From contig NC_010628.1 of NCBI RefSeq assembly GCF_000020025.1, positions 5,910,001 to 5,942,000 of the forward strand: DNA of 32,000 bases. Direction: 5' to 3'. Shown here in pieces: positions 17,825 to 28,000 of this stretch (the stretch's first letter is position 1; each line of letters starts with the position of its first letter). A program made the translations under genes and the position numbers. The notes under the pieces were generated by a model. It did not search any database, was not told the DNA's origin, and saw only the letters and a list, made by a program, of their open reading frames with translations. Source of the DNA: Nostoc punctiforme PCC 73102 (GTDB lineage: Bacteria > Cyanobacteriota > Cyanobacteriia > Cyanobacteriales > Nostocaceae).

Positions 17825-17922
17825 CAATCATTATTCAATATGTTGACTTTAACGCAGCAGATACAATCATAAATACCCAATACAAGGACGAATGGCATGA
17901 GATTAGTACTATTCTCACTAGA

Positions 17923-18495
17923 ATGCCTTTGCACATTAAGGCTTCAGATCAAGCTGGAATTCAAGGTAATGCAATATTCGATCCAGTAGGTACAAATGAA
18001 TATATTAAAGCAGCCTTTATTCATGATAGTTGGCAATCAAATATACCTATTCCAGCACCTTATAGATTTTTAGGTACAGACGTTGATTTTGCAAAAGCTG
18101 GCATCATTATTGAAATTCAATTTTCTAACTATCCCTTTCTACTCAATAACACTTTACGCTCGGAACTGTTCTTTAAAGCTAAAACTGAATTTGTTGGATA
18201 CCCAACTAATTTGATAATTATAGTGACAAAGGCTCTGATGTTTCCTGCATCTAATAGTACTCTTTATTATGAGCAAGCTGTTAATCAGTTAACAGCATTG
18301 GCTAAAAATAAAGTTTTTGATGTACCAATCAGACTTGTTGGATTATTTGAGCAACAAAATACAATAGTGCCCATCATCTGGACTGAGTATTTATCTAAAA
18401 GATATTCTAGAACTGTAAATACTAGAGTTAGTCGTGAATGCGAAATAATTGCTGGGCGTTCAGCCCGTAGTCGTTGTCTACTTCGCTTATTGTAA
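17923..18495 (+). CDS. Type II restriction endonuclease, BglII-like (conservative ATG-started ORF; the real N-terminus probably begins near 17827)
   Basis: The catalytic-region spacing TDVDFAKAGIIIEIQ (D-X8-E-X-Q) is the BglII-type variant of PD-(D/E)XK. FSNYPFLLNN, MFPASNSTLYYEQA and VFDVPIRLVG resemble BglII as I recall it. The frame is open and looks conserved from 17743 to 17922. Confidence 0.75.
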   Translation: MPLHIKASDQAGIQGNAIFDPVGTNEYIKAAFIHDSWQSNIPIPAPYRFLGTDVDFAKAGIIIEIQFSNYPFLLNNTLRSELFFKAKTEFVGYPTNLIIIVTKALMFPASNSTLYYEQAVNQLTALAKNKVFDVPIRLVGLFEQQNTIVPIIWTEYLSKRYSRTVNTRVSRECEIIAGRSARSRCLLRLL

Positions 18496-18506
18496 GAATT
18501 TTTCTA

Positions 18507-19616
18507 TTAACTCCATAATCTCAGTTCAGTTTGTTCCACTTCTTCTACTTGTTTTACTATTGGATTTTGCAAAGAGGTCTTTTTACCATTACCATTAAGC
18601 TTTGGATCTACTGGAATCTCTTCACCTCTTAGATTAGCTGCAAAAGCAGATTCTTCATAGATTAATCTATCTTCCATTTCTTGCAAGTGATACTCTTCTG
18701 GATAAATTTTTGCTTTGCTGCGTTCTGAAGCTTTATTTCCTACTTGTACCTCAAACTTAAACTTATCAATAGATTGACCCGTTCTTTCAACATAATCGCG
18801 CAATGTTTTTAAGTTTGGAAAATAGCCATTTTTATCTGGATTGCCGTTGAGACGACGCAATGCAACTTGATAATATTTTGGTTCAATTTCTGACCCGATA
18901 AAATGGCGTTCACTATCTCTCGCAACCACGGCCACAGTACCAGAACCCATAAATGGATCTAAAACAATATCATTTTTGTTAGTTGTAGCTAAGATAATTC
19001 TAGTTACTAAGTCTTCTGGAAATTGGCAGGGATGTATAGTTTGTTCTTCATGGTTGTGTTTAACATTTCGAAATAGCCAAATATCACCAGGATTTTTCCC
19101 TTCTGGATTGCATGAAAGTTCCCCTTTACGATTTCCTCGATAATGTTTTTTATTTTGATACTTTTGGGGAACTCTAATAGGATCTAGATTAAATTTATAG
19201 TTATCCGATTTAGTAAACCAAAGAATAGTTTCATGTCTACAAGAAAACTTTTTCTGAGCATGAAGACCATGTTGCCTAGCCCATATAATTCGGTTGCGAG
19301 GAATTAATCTGCATGACTCCAAAATCGGAAAAAAGCGAATATCCAGAGGAATCAGCATTCCTCGGTCAGAAAAAGCACCAACTTGCCAAAATAATGAACC
19401 TGTATTTTTAAGAATCCGGCTACATTCAAGCAGAACGGCTGTTTGTTCTTTCAAATAAATTTCAAGAGCCTGCCTTGATTCGTATTCTTTGCCTAGATTA
19501 TAAGGTGGGGAAGATACAACTAAGTCAACGCATTGATCTGGCAAATTCCTGAGCAGTTGTAAGCTATCCTCTAAGAGAATCTGATCTAAGGGTAGATTCT
19601 CTCTATTAATCTCCAT
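18507..19616 (-). CDS. Beta-class DNA methyltransferase, probably N4-cytosine specific (SPPY)
   Basis: 369 aa. Motif IV SSPPYNLGKEY is N-terminal and motif I DPFMGSGTVAVVA is C-terminal, which is the beta permutation. The gene is convergent with the endonuclease. Confidence 0.85.
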   Translation of the reverse strand: MEINRENLPLDQILLEDSLQLLRNLPDQCVDLVVSSPPYNLGKEYESRQALEIYLKEQTAVLLECSRILKNTGSLFWQVGAFSDRGMLIPLDIRFFPILESCRLIPRNRIIWARQHGLHAQKKFSCRHETILWFTKSDNYKFNLDPIRVPQKYQNKKHYRGNRKGELSCNPEGKNPGDIWLFRNVKHNHEEQTIHPCQFPEDLVTRIILATTNKNDIVLDPFMGSGTVAVVARDSERHFIGSEIEPKYYQVALRRLNGNPDKNGYFPNLKTLRDYVERTGQSIDKFKFEVQVGNKASERSKAKIYPEEYHLQEMEDRLIYEESAFAANLRGEEIPVDPKLNGNGKKTSLQNPIVKQVEEVEQTELRLWS

Positions 19617-19860
19617 TACAATACCTACCTTGAAAGTAATACTAGACTCTGGTGATTTTAACCTATTTGAGGTTATTAGCCAATTATTGAGAAAAATATC
19701 AGCAGTAAGTAGAGTAGAATAGCGAACTTACTATAATGATCTACCTTGCTAATGTAGGCATACCTAAAGGCTGCCTACGACGGGCTATGACTACGCATTT
19801 TTGAGGGAATTAGGGGTGCGCCTACGCATTTCCTAAAATAAAACGTAGGCGTAGGCAGCA

Positions 19861-19890
19861 CTTCTCTACGAGACGCTCCGCGTTAAGCGT
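19861..19890. repeat. Short dispersed repeat CTTCTCT(A/G)CGAGACGCT(C/A)CGCGT (also at 30576-30600), embedded in a cluster of small GC hairpins (19750-19945)
   Basis: The two copies were compared by eye. Neighbouring hairpins are gtaggca...tgcctac and cctacg...cgtagg. Confidence 0.55.
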
Positions 19891-19949
19891 AGCTATGCCG
19901 CAGGCTTTACGACAAGGCTCAGTGACCATCGTAGACATCGCTTCTTGTT

Positions 19950-20339
19950 TCAATTCGCTTTCCGCTCTTTGAGGACTTGATCTAGTAAATTTCTTGCAGG
20001 TTGGGCTTTAGCCAACGCTATTTGATGGTCATTATAAGCCCGCACAAGGCGAGAAAGACTGCTCACACCTGACTTTAGTTGCTCAAGTTCTTCACCAGCA
20101 ACCAGTTCTCCATCAAGCATCCGCCCAATTAACGGTTTGATGTCGCCCACTTCCTGCCGGACCTTTTGGAGCTTTTCTAGACTACTCAGCAAGGTTTTGA
20201 GTGAGTTCAAGATGTCGTCAATATCCTGCACATCCTCTACTTGTTCCGGCAAATCTTCAACTTTGACTGTATCTTCATCTGAGATTGTAGGCAATTCCTG
20301 TGCAGACATTTCAGTTTGAACCCCGTTTGACCGTGCCAT
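19950..20339 (-). CDS. Acidic coiled-coil hypothetical protein
   Basis: 129-aa ORF, co-oriented with the ligase gene and 40 nt downstream of it. There is no recognisable catalytic motif. Confidence 0.55.
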   Translation of the reverse strand: MARSNGVQTEMSAQELPTISDEDTVKVEDLPEQVEDVQDIDDILNSLKTLLSSLEKLQKVRQEVGDIKPLIGRMLDGELVAGEELEQLKSGVSSLSRLVRAYNDHQIALAKAQPARNLLDQVLKERKAN

Positions 20340-20379
20340 TAACGCTTCCTCAAGGAATTTTCCTTAGTGTATCGCTGAT

Positions 20380-21879
20380 TTAGCCGATATTAAGCAATTT
20401 CGCCATAGCCAACCGTTGCAGTTTCCCCGTAGCACCACGAGGTAGTTGATCCAAAATGTGAATTTGCTTTGGAACTTTGAAGTCTGCCAACATTGTTGAA
20501 CAGTGGGCTAAAAGTTCTTTTTCGCCGACTTCTCCCTTAAGAACAACAGCAGCGTGGATATCTTCACCTAAAGATTTGTGGGGAACAGCAAAAGCCAAGG
20601 CTTCAGCAACGGCGGGATGACGCAATAAAACATCATCCACTTCTAAGGGAGAAATTTTTTCCCCACCCCGGTTAATTAATTCTTTAATGCGTCCAGTCAA
20701 GCGGAGATAGCCGTCTGCATCCACAGTACCCTGATCTCCAGTGCGGAACCAACCGTTGACAAAAGCTGTGGCGTTGGCTTCTGGGTTGTTTTCGTAGCCA
20801 TCAATGACATTGGGTGCTTTTACCACCACCTCACCCAAGCTTCCCTGAGATAAGAGGTTGCCTTCAGAATCCATAATGCCGACATCCACACCAAAGCCAT
20901 AACCTACACTACCTGGTTTCCGCTCTTTTGGCGGTAAGGGATTGGTGGTCATTAAGTGGGATGCTTCAGTCATGCTGTAAGATTCCACCACAGGAGCATT
21001 GAGAGTTGCCTCCAATTGCTCAATAATAATCGGGGGCAAGGAAGCGCTACTAGAGCGAATGAAACGAAAGCGATTAGCTTGGACAATTTCTGTGTTGCGG
21101 CTAGCACGGGCCAAAATTGTCTGGTGCATGGTTGGCGCTGCGGAGTACCAGGTTGGTTTGTAGGTATCTACGAGTTTCCAAAACTCTAAGGCATTAAAAC
21201 CATTGGGACAAATTAATGTGCCGCCTGATGCTAGGGTTGACAGCAAACAACCCACCAATCCGTGAACATGGAACAGGGGCATTAGGCAAAGTGTAGTGTC
21301 AGCATCTGTGAGTGAGTAAGCAGTAATAATGTTGTTGGCTGAGGCGATTAAGTTGCGATGACGAATCGGCACACGTTTCGGACGGCTGGTAGTGCCGCTA
21401 GTGTGGAGAATCATAGCTAAATCATCGGCGTTGGGGGCTGCGGGATTCGATGATTCTCTTGGTTTTGAGCCTGTTTTGACTAATTCAAAGCTCAATGTAC
21501 CGTCAGCGTTTACCTTGGCATTAATCAGCATCATATTGGGTGTGACGGCGGCGATCGCTGCTTCTGGTTCCCCAGACAAGGTAATCAGTGCATTTGCCTG
21601 AGTATCTTCGTAGTAGAAGGCAAATTCGTCTTGTTTGTATTTGGGATTTAAGGGTGCAGCAGTGCCACATAGCGCAGCAGCCAAAAAGGTAATAGCCATT
21701 GGCGAACCATTAGTCATGGCAATGGCTATGCGTTCTCCCCGTGTCAATCCAAAGCTGTTGAGTTGGGATACCAGTCCAACAACATTATCGCGCAATTGCT
21801 TATAAGTTAGCGATCGCCCCCCAGGTGTAACGAGGGCTGAATGATTATCTTCCCCTGCTAAAAGCTCAAATAAGTTCAT
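20380..21879 (-). CDS. AMP-dependent acyl-CoA ligase, oxalate-CoA ligase (AAE3/Pcs60)-like
   Basis: 499 aa. Motifs: LHTSGTTSRPKRVP, LFHVHGL, TEASH, WFRTGDQG, IKELINRGGEKISPLEVD, and the C-terminal GKLQR. Confidence 0.85.
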   Translation of the reverse strand: MNLFELLAGEDNHSALVTPGGRSLTYKQLRDNVVGLVSQLNSFGLTRGERIAIAMTNGSPMAITFLAAALCGTAAPLNPKYKQDEFAFYYEDTQANALITLSGEPEAAIAAVTPNMMLINAKVNADGTLSFELVKTGSKPRESSNPAAPNADDLAMILHTSGTTSRPKRVPIRHRNLIASANNIITAYSLTDADTTLCLMPLFHVHGLVGCLLSTLASGGTLICPNGFNALEFWKLVDTYKPTWYSAAPTMHQTILARASRNTEIVQANRFRFIRSSSASLPPIIIEQLEATLNAPVVESYSMTEASHLMTTNPLPPKERKPGSVGYGFGVDVGIMDSEGNLLSQGSLGEVVVKAPNVIDGYENNPEANATAFVNGWFRTGDQGTVDADGYLRLTGRIKELINRGGEKISPLEVDDVLLRHPAVAEALAFAVPHKSLGEDIHAAVVLKGEVGEKELLAHCSTMLADFKVPKQIHILDQLPRGATGKLQRLAMAKLLNIG

Positions 21880-22115
21880 TAAAAACCTCCAGATTCGTAA
21901 AGTTGGGCATTGGACATTGGTTATTAATGCTTCTACCTCATTCCCTTATTTTTATTAAAAAGTATTGTGCTTTTGTATAATATCAACCATTATTTGATTT
22001 CTTTTGTTAGTAAGTTAACGGCAAAAAACAACAGCTAAAATTAAGTCAAGAGTGTATCTGTCGTTACTAGTAATCAGAAAAATATTTTTCAGCAACTAAA
22101 CCCCATCAATAAAAT

Positions 22116-23258
22116 ATGGATCGTCGGAATTTTCTAAAGTATGTCACTTTAGCAGGATCTAGTTTTGCTTTAACAAGTTGTGTTCAAGGCAAAAATTCCA
22201 AATTGCCGGGTGAGGAGTCTCCCTCAGCGTCGCCTGTGGCGGTAAATGAACCTCTCAAGGTGGGATTTGTTTATGTGGGGCCTGTGGGTAATTTTGGTTG
22301 GACTTATGCCCATGATTTAGGTCGCAGAGATATGGAAGCCAATCTTAACGATAAAGTAAAAACTACCTTTGTCGAAAATGTCAATGAAGGTGCTGACGCT
22401 GAAAGGATAATTCGTCAACTAGCATTAGATGGTAACAAGTTAATTTTTACCACTTCCTTTGGGTATATGAACCCAACAATTAAAGTCGCTAAAGACTTTG
22501 GTGATGTTATCTTTGAACACTGTGCAGGATACAAACGTGCTACCAATGTTGGCACTTATCTAGGACGCTTTGAAGAACCGCGTTACTTAACCGGCATGAT
22601 TGCTGGCAAAATGACAAAATCAAATGTAGTTGGTTTTATTGGCGCATACCCAATTCCAGAAGTAATTCGGGGAATCAGTGCATTCACACAAGGAATGCGC
22701 TTAACAAATCCCCAAGCAAAAGTTAAGGTACTTTGGGTACAAAGTTGGTACGATCCATCTAAAGAAAGAGAAGCAGCTATTGCTTTGGTCAATTCCGGTG
22801 CAGATGTACTGACCCAGCATACCGACTCTAGCGCTGTTGTCCAATTAGCTGAGGAAAAAGGCATTTATGCTTTTGGCTACAACAGTGATATGAGTAAGTT
22901 TGCTCAAAAAGCCCACCTGACATCAATTATTAACAAATGGGGCAAGTTCTATACAGATAAAGCCTTAGCTGTAATGAGTAATACTTGGAAATCTCAAAAC
23001 GTTTGGGATGGCATTGGTCAAGGAATAGTGGATATTTCACCGATGAATCAGGCGATTCCGGTAGAGGTACAACAACTAGTGAATGCGAAGCGCGATGAGT
23101 TTATTCAGGGTACTGCACATCCTTTTGATGGCCCGGTGAAAGACCAAAAAGGGGTGGTGCGAGTGCCAAAAGGTAAGGTGTTGGAAGATCGAGGACAATT
23201 GGCGATGGATTGGTATGTTGAGGGAGTTGAAGGCTCAATTCCCCAGAGGAAACTATAG
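22116..23258 (+). CDS. BMP-family (Med/PnrA-like) ABC-transporter substrate-binding lipoprotein
   Basis: 380 aa. It has an RRNFLKY Tat-like N-terminus and an ALTSC lipobox, followed by LKVGFVYVGPVGNFGWTYAHD, which is typical of BMP/PnrA proteins. Confidence 0.8.
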   Translation: MDRRNFLKYVTLAGSSFALTSCVQGKNSKLPGEESPSASPVAVNEPLKVGFVYVGPVGNFGWTYAHDLGRRDMEANLNDKVKTTFVENVNEGADAERIIRQLALDGNKLIFTTSFGYMNPTIKVAKDFGDVIFEHCAGYKRATNVGTYLGRFEEPRYLTGMIAGKMTKSNVVGFIGAYPIPEVIRGISAFTQGMRLTNPQAKVKVLWVQSWYDPSKEREAAIALVNSGADVLTQHTDSSAVVQLAEEKGIYAFGYNSDMSKFAQKAHLTSIINKWGKFYTDKALAVMSNTWKSQNVWDGIGQGIVDISPMNQAIPVEVQQLVNAKRDEFIQGTAHPFDGPVKDQKGVVRVPKGKVLEDRGQLAMDWYVEGVEGSIPQRKL

Positions 23259-23551
23259 TAAGCAATTTTACCGTTAGCGTTAACCTAGCGTCTTATAGAG
23301 AAACGGCAATTATAGGAGAAGTCCAGATACTACCCTTTGAATTATCTATGATCCATGCGATCGCAAACCGCTATAGAGAGTTAAGAGTAAAAAGTTAGGA
23401 GTTGGGAGTTGTTCTTTTCATATCACTCATCCCCCCCACTCTGTCTACTATTACAAGAGGTAAAGATTAAGTAGCAACTTTGGCAACTGCGGAGACAATA
23501 TAGAGTATCTTCTAAGAATTTAGCAAAGTTATAAGCATTGGAGCAAAGCAA

Positions 23552-23830
23552 ATGAATGCTAAACTGATCGCTTTCTCTGGCTTTGTGACGGTATTTTTGG
23601 GTGCAGGAATTGGTTTTATTGCTGCTAATTTACTTCCTTGCCCCTACACGAGTCAAATGTATCAAGATTTAGAGCAAAAATACGTCCTTGTAGGTGCAGT
23701 TGCTGGTTTGCTAATTGGTTCTAGTCAGGAAATGATTAGAGAACTCAAGCAAGAGCGGGATGCGGAAGAAGACTTGCTCCAGGATTTAAATAAAGCTATT
23801 CACTCAAGTAAAAACCCAAAAAATTACTGA
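23552..23830 (+). CDS. Small hypothetical membrane protein (two hydrophobic segments)
   Basis: 92-aa ORF with hydrophobic segments IAFSGFVTVFLGAGIGFIAANLL and YVLVGAVAGLLIGS. No family was recognised. Confidence 0.45.
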   Translation: MNAKLIAFSGFVTVFLGAGIGFIAANLLPCPYTSQMYQDLEQKYVLVGAVAGLLIGSSQEMIRELKQERDAEEDLLQDLNKAIHSSKNPKNY

Positions 23831-23893
23831 GATGTTAGAGGTTGTTTGAAAAGTGTTTTGCCGTGACTTTGGCATAAGCCAGAAAGCCCTCAT

Positions 23894-23964
23894 TGTAGAG
23901 ACGCGATTTATCCCGTCTAAAAGACTGATACGTTAGAGAGACGCGATAAATCGCCGTCTCTACA
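23894..23964. repeat. Two inverted copies of the GTAGAGACGCGATTTATC(G/C)CGTCT hairpin unit forming a large composite hairpin
   Basis: tgtagagacgcgatttatcccgtct ... agacgcgataaatcgccgtctctaca. The core is the same as in 5105-5180 and 14995-15072. Confidence 0.7.
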
Positions 23965-24198
23965 GAGAATGTACTCGTCAATTATTCCTTATTTACATAG
24001 AAAGAATAGCCTCCGGCTACTCCGTTGGAGAAATTGTAGAGTAGCCGCTTTGCGTCTAGATAAATTGCCCAATTGCCCCTACAATGGGATTTTTTTGTTG
24101 GAATGTCCCTAAATAAGAGTCTGAAACTCTCTAGGAGAGGCTGCGCGAACAATTTTAAATTAATTAATAGTTTTGTTAAATTAGCAGTAGCAGAGTTA

Positions 24199-24657
24199 TC
24201 AATTAAAAGCTTTCTTCAAATTTTCTGGCTGCGTTACTGCCAAATATTGAGCTGACATTTCCGGTGTGAGTAGTTCTAGCATGACTGTGTTTTCCAACCA
24301 GAACTCCATAACATCAAAAAAAGAGTCGCGGTTACAACGTAACACTCTCCAACCTTCACGTTTACCAATCAACTCAATTTTTTCTTGACTAGAAGAAACT
24401 GAAATTGCTGCATGAGTAGCTGTAAACCCAGAAGAACTGGCATTTTCTGCAAATGTACACTGGTTATCTCCTTCCCCAGGCATTAGCTGAGTTTTTAACG
24501 GGTAAACTTCAATCCCTGTTCCATATTCGTCAAATGGAAAAACCATATAGCTGCCTGGGTGAGGGAAAAAGGGAAAAGCTTGGCCATTCAAGACTTCAGC
24601 TAAAACCTCGGCAACGTGCTGGGGGTTTCTAACAGAAATAGATATGTGATGAATCAT
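24199..24657 (-). CDS. VOC (glyoxalase/bleomycin-resistance/dioxygenase) superfamily protein
   Basis: 152 aa with the MIHHISISVRNPQHVAEVLAEVL beta-alpha-beta start typical of VOC modules. Confidence 0.65.
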   Translation of the reverse strand: MIHHISISVRNPQHVAEVLAEVLNGQAFPFFPHPGSYMVFPFDEYGTGIEVYPLKTQLMPGEGDNQCTFAENASSSGFTATHAAISVSSSQEKIELIGKREGWRVLRCNRDSFFDVMEFWLENTVMLELLTPEMSAQYLAVTQPENLKKAFN

Positions 24658-24968
24658 ACTTAATTACCTCGTACCCCATAATCAGAATGAGGCTTATAAA
24701 TTTTTTGTTTTGTGGAGTGCTTATCTTCCACGAGTAGCTTAATTATCTTTCATCCCATTTTAATTAATTTATGCAGAGAATAAAAAAATTTCCTTTTGAT
24801 TGAATTTGGAAAACCTCTGCTTCTATTCCTCTATCCTAGTAAGTGATGGCTATCCCAGACGCTTTCATATCCTCCCAACTCACTCTAAGTTGGCATCTAT
24901 CACTATCACTTATGGCAATACTCTATTAAACTGCAAAAAAATCCTAACCTGGCAAAGATATACACGAA

Positions 24969-25000
24969 AGGTAGGGGCAATTCATGAATTGCCCCTACCT
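24969..25000. repeat. Perfect 32-bp palindrome aggtaggggcaattcatgaattgcccctacct, 62 bp upstream of the NTPase-WD40 start
   Basis: Read directly: it is its own reverse complement. A related copy, ggaggcaattcatgaattgctcc, sits at about 6511-6533 next to MITE copy A. Confidence 0.7.
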
Positions 25001-25061
25001 GAAAATCTTTCTTTTCGGCTATTGTTTACGTAAGCTCTGTATTTGATAATTACACTTCAAT

Positions 25062-28000
25062 ATGAGATACCAAGTAGGAGGTAGTCTCCGCAGTGACGAT
25101 CCCACGTATATTATCCGTGACGCAGACGAAAAACTTTATACTAGCCTGAAAGCTGGGGATTTTTGTTACGTTTTCAACTCTCGCCAGATGGGTAAGTCAT
25201 CTTTACTCCAGCGCACCAGTTATCGTCTTAAAGAAGAAGGCTATAGCTGCGTTTATTTGGATATGACTATCTTAGGTATTGAGGATACTACACCAGAACA
25301 ATGGTACAAAGGCATCATTATTAGCTTGTTCTACAGCTTAAATTTAGCAGAACAGATCAACTTTAAAGGTTGGTGGGAGACGCAAAAAGGTATTTCCTCA
25401 GTACAAAAACTACACTGTTTTGTTGAAGAAGTTTTACTACCCAACGCCAAAGCCGAACGCATTTTCATCTTTATTGATGAGATTGATAGCCTGCTTAGTT
25501 TAAGTTTCCCAATTAACGACTTTTTTGCTTGGATTCGTCAATGCTATAACCAGCGGCCAGAGAATTCAAACTTTAATCGTTTGGGATTTGCACTATTTGG
25601 TGTAGCTAGTCCTTCCGACCTCATCGCTGATAAAGGCCGCACACCCTTTAACCTTGGTAAAGCAATTGAGTTACACGGCTTTCAACTCTATGAAGCTACT
25701 CCTCTGCTTCAAGGAGTAAAGGAAGTAGTCAGTCAACCACAAGCAATACTGCAAGAAATTATTCATTGGACAGAGGGACAACCGTTTCTCACACAAAAAC
25801 TTTGTAACTTAGTTATTCAAATTGCTGCTGAAAATGCTACAGGAATGATTAGCCTCATTCCAGGTACAGAAGCATTTTGGATTGAGCAATTAGTGAAAAC
25901 GCATATTATTCAAAATTGGCAATCACAAGACGAACCAGAACATCTACGTACTATAAGAGATCGCCTATTATTCAACGACCAACGAGCAGGGAGGTTGTTG
26001 GGTATTTATCAAAAGGTGTTGCAAGCAGAGGAGCAGTTTAGTAGTGGAGGCTTCCCCCAGAAGGAAATGTCATCGAGTAGGGGAGAAGAGTTTTTCACTT
26101 TGCCTCATCTTCCTGTTCCGATTGATGATAGTCGAGAACAAACAGAGCTTTTGTTATCTGGTTTAGTAGAGAAACACAACGGCTATCTCAAAATTAAAAA
26201 TCCCATCTATCGGAGTGTTTTCAATACCGAATGGGTGTTAAAACAATTAGACAATCTCCGCCCTTATTCGCAGACATTTAATGCTTGGGTAGCATCAGGA
26301 TATAAAGATGAATCGCGTTTATTGCGAGGACAGGCTCTCAGAGATACTCAAAATTGGATACAGGGCAAAAGTCTAAGCGATTGGGATTATCAATTTTTAG
26401 CCGCAAGTCAAGAATGCGAACAGCGCGAAGTGCAAACAGCATTAGAGGCAGCACGGGCGAAAGAGGTAGAAGCACGACTAGCACAGGAGCAAAAAACTGC
26501 TAAATTTCAAAGGTTTTTACTAGTTGCTGTGTGTATTGGTTTGCTCGTCTCCAGCATTTTGGGGGTGGGAAGTTTCATTATGTATCGTCAAACCAAAAAA
26601 AGCGAAAGTCAAGCTAAGAGCAGCGAAATTCGAGCGCTTGTATCTTCTTCTGCTGGACTGTTTGCTTCCCAACGGAGGTTAGATGCACTTGTAGAAGCAA
26701 TCAAAGCCAAAGACAGACTGCACAAGCTAGGAACAACTAACTCAAATCTTGCACCTCAAGTTGAAAACGCACTTAGGCAAGCAGTTTATGGAGCAGATGA
26801 ATACAATCGGTTTTCCGATCATACAGCAAGTGTTATGGCGGTAGATGTTAGTCCTGATAGTTCTTTAATTGCCTCAGCCAGTATAGATAATACAGTTAAG
26901 CTTTGGCGACGTGATGGTACAGAAGTTGCAACTCTCAAAGGTCATAAGGGAGCAGTTAGGGCAGTAGATTTTAGTTCTAACGGTCAAATACTGGCCTCGG
27001 CAGGTGAAGATGGCACTATTAAACTCTGGAAGCTGGATGGTACTCTGCTTAAAACTTTTAAAGGTCACACCGCTTCAGTCTGGGGAATCGCTTTTAGTCC
27101 TGATGGCCAGTTCATCGCCTCTGCTAGTTGGGACGCAACAGTGAAACTCTGGAAGCGAGATGGTACTTTGCTCAAGACATTCCAAGGTTCTAAAGGTGCG
27201 TTTTGGGGAGTCGCTTTTAGTCCTGATGGCCAGACTATTGCTGCTGCCAGTCTAGACAGGACAGTAAAACTCTGGAAACGAGATGATTCAGGCTGGCAAA
27301 ATGCCAAGCCTGTACAAACTCTCCAAGGTCATACTGCTTGGGTTGTAGGAGTAGCTTTCAGTCCTGACGGACAGACTATTGCTTCAGCGAGTGAAGACAG
27401 AACTGTTAAACTTTGGCGGCGAGACAGCATAAGTAAAAGCTACCGCCTTGATAAAACTCTGCAAGGGCATGATGCCGGAATTTCGGGAGTAGCATTTAGT
27501 CCCGATGGTCAGACTATTGCCAGTGCGAGTCTCGACAAAACGATTAAACTTTGGAATATTGATGGTACACAACTGAGGACGCTTAGAGGGCACAGTGCAT
27601 CAGTTTGGGGTGTAACTTTTAGTCCAGATGGTAGCTTTATTGCTTCGGCAGGTGCAGAAAACGTTGTCAGGCTCTGGCAAAGTCAAAATCCATTTCAAAA
27701 GTCTATCGTTGCACATAAGGCCGGGATTTGGTCAATAGCGATCGCCTCTGACAGTTCAACCATTGCCACAACCAGCCACGAAAATATGGTGAAATTTTGG
27801 AGTAGTCAAGGCAAATTGCTCAAAACTCTTACTGAATCCAAGGGCGAAGTTTCCGAGGTTTCATTCAGTGGCGATGATAATTTAATCGCGCTTTTCACTT
27901 CCGATGATACGGTAAAAATCAAGAAGCGAGATGGTACTTTAATTGCTAGTTACAAATCTCATCACAGCAAACTGACATCAGGGGTGTTTAGTCCTGACGG

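Noticed and set aside
24073-25033. Small plus-strand ORFs (60 and 77 aa) flanking the VOC gene
   Set aside because: They span dispersed repeats or palindromes, or overlap the VOC 3' end. They have no motifs and poor coding appearance.
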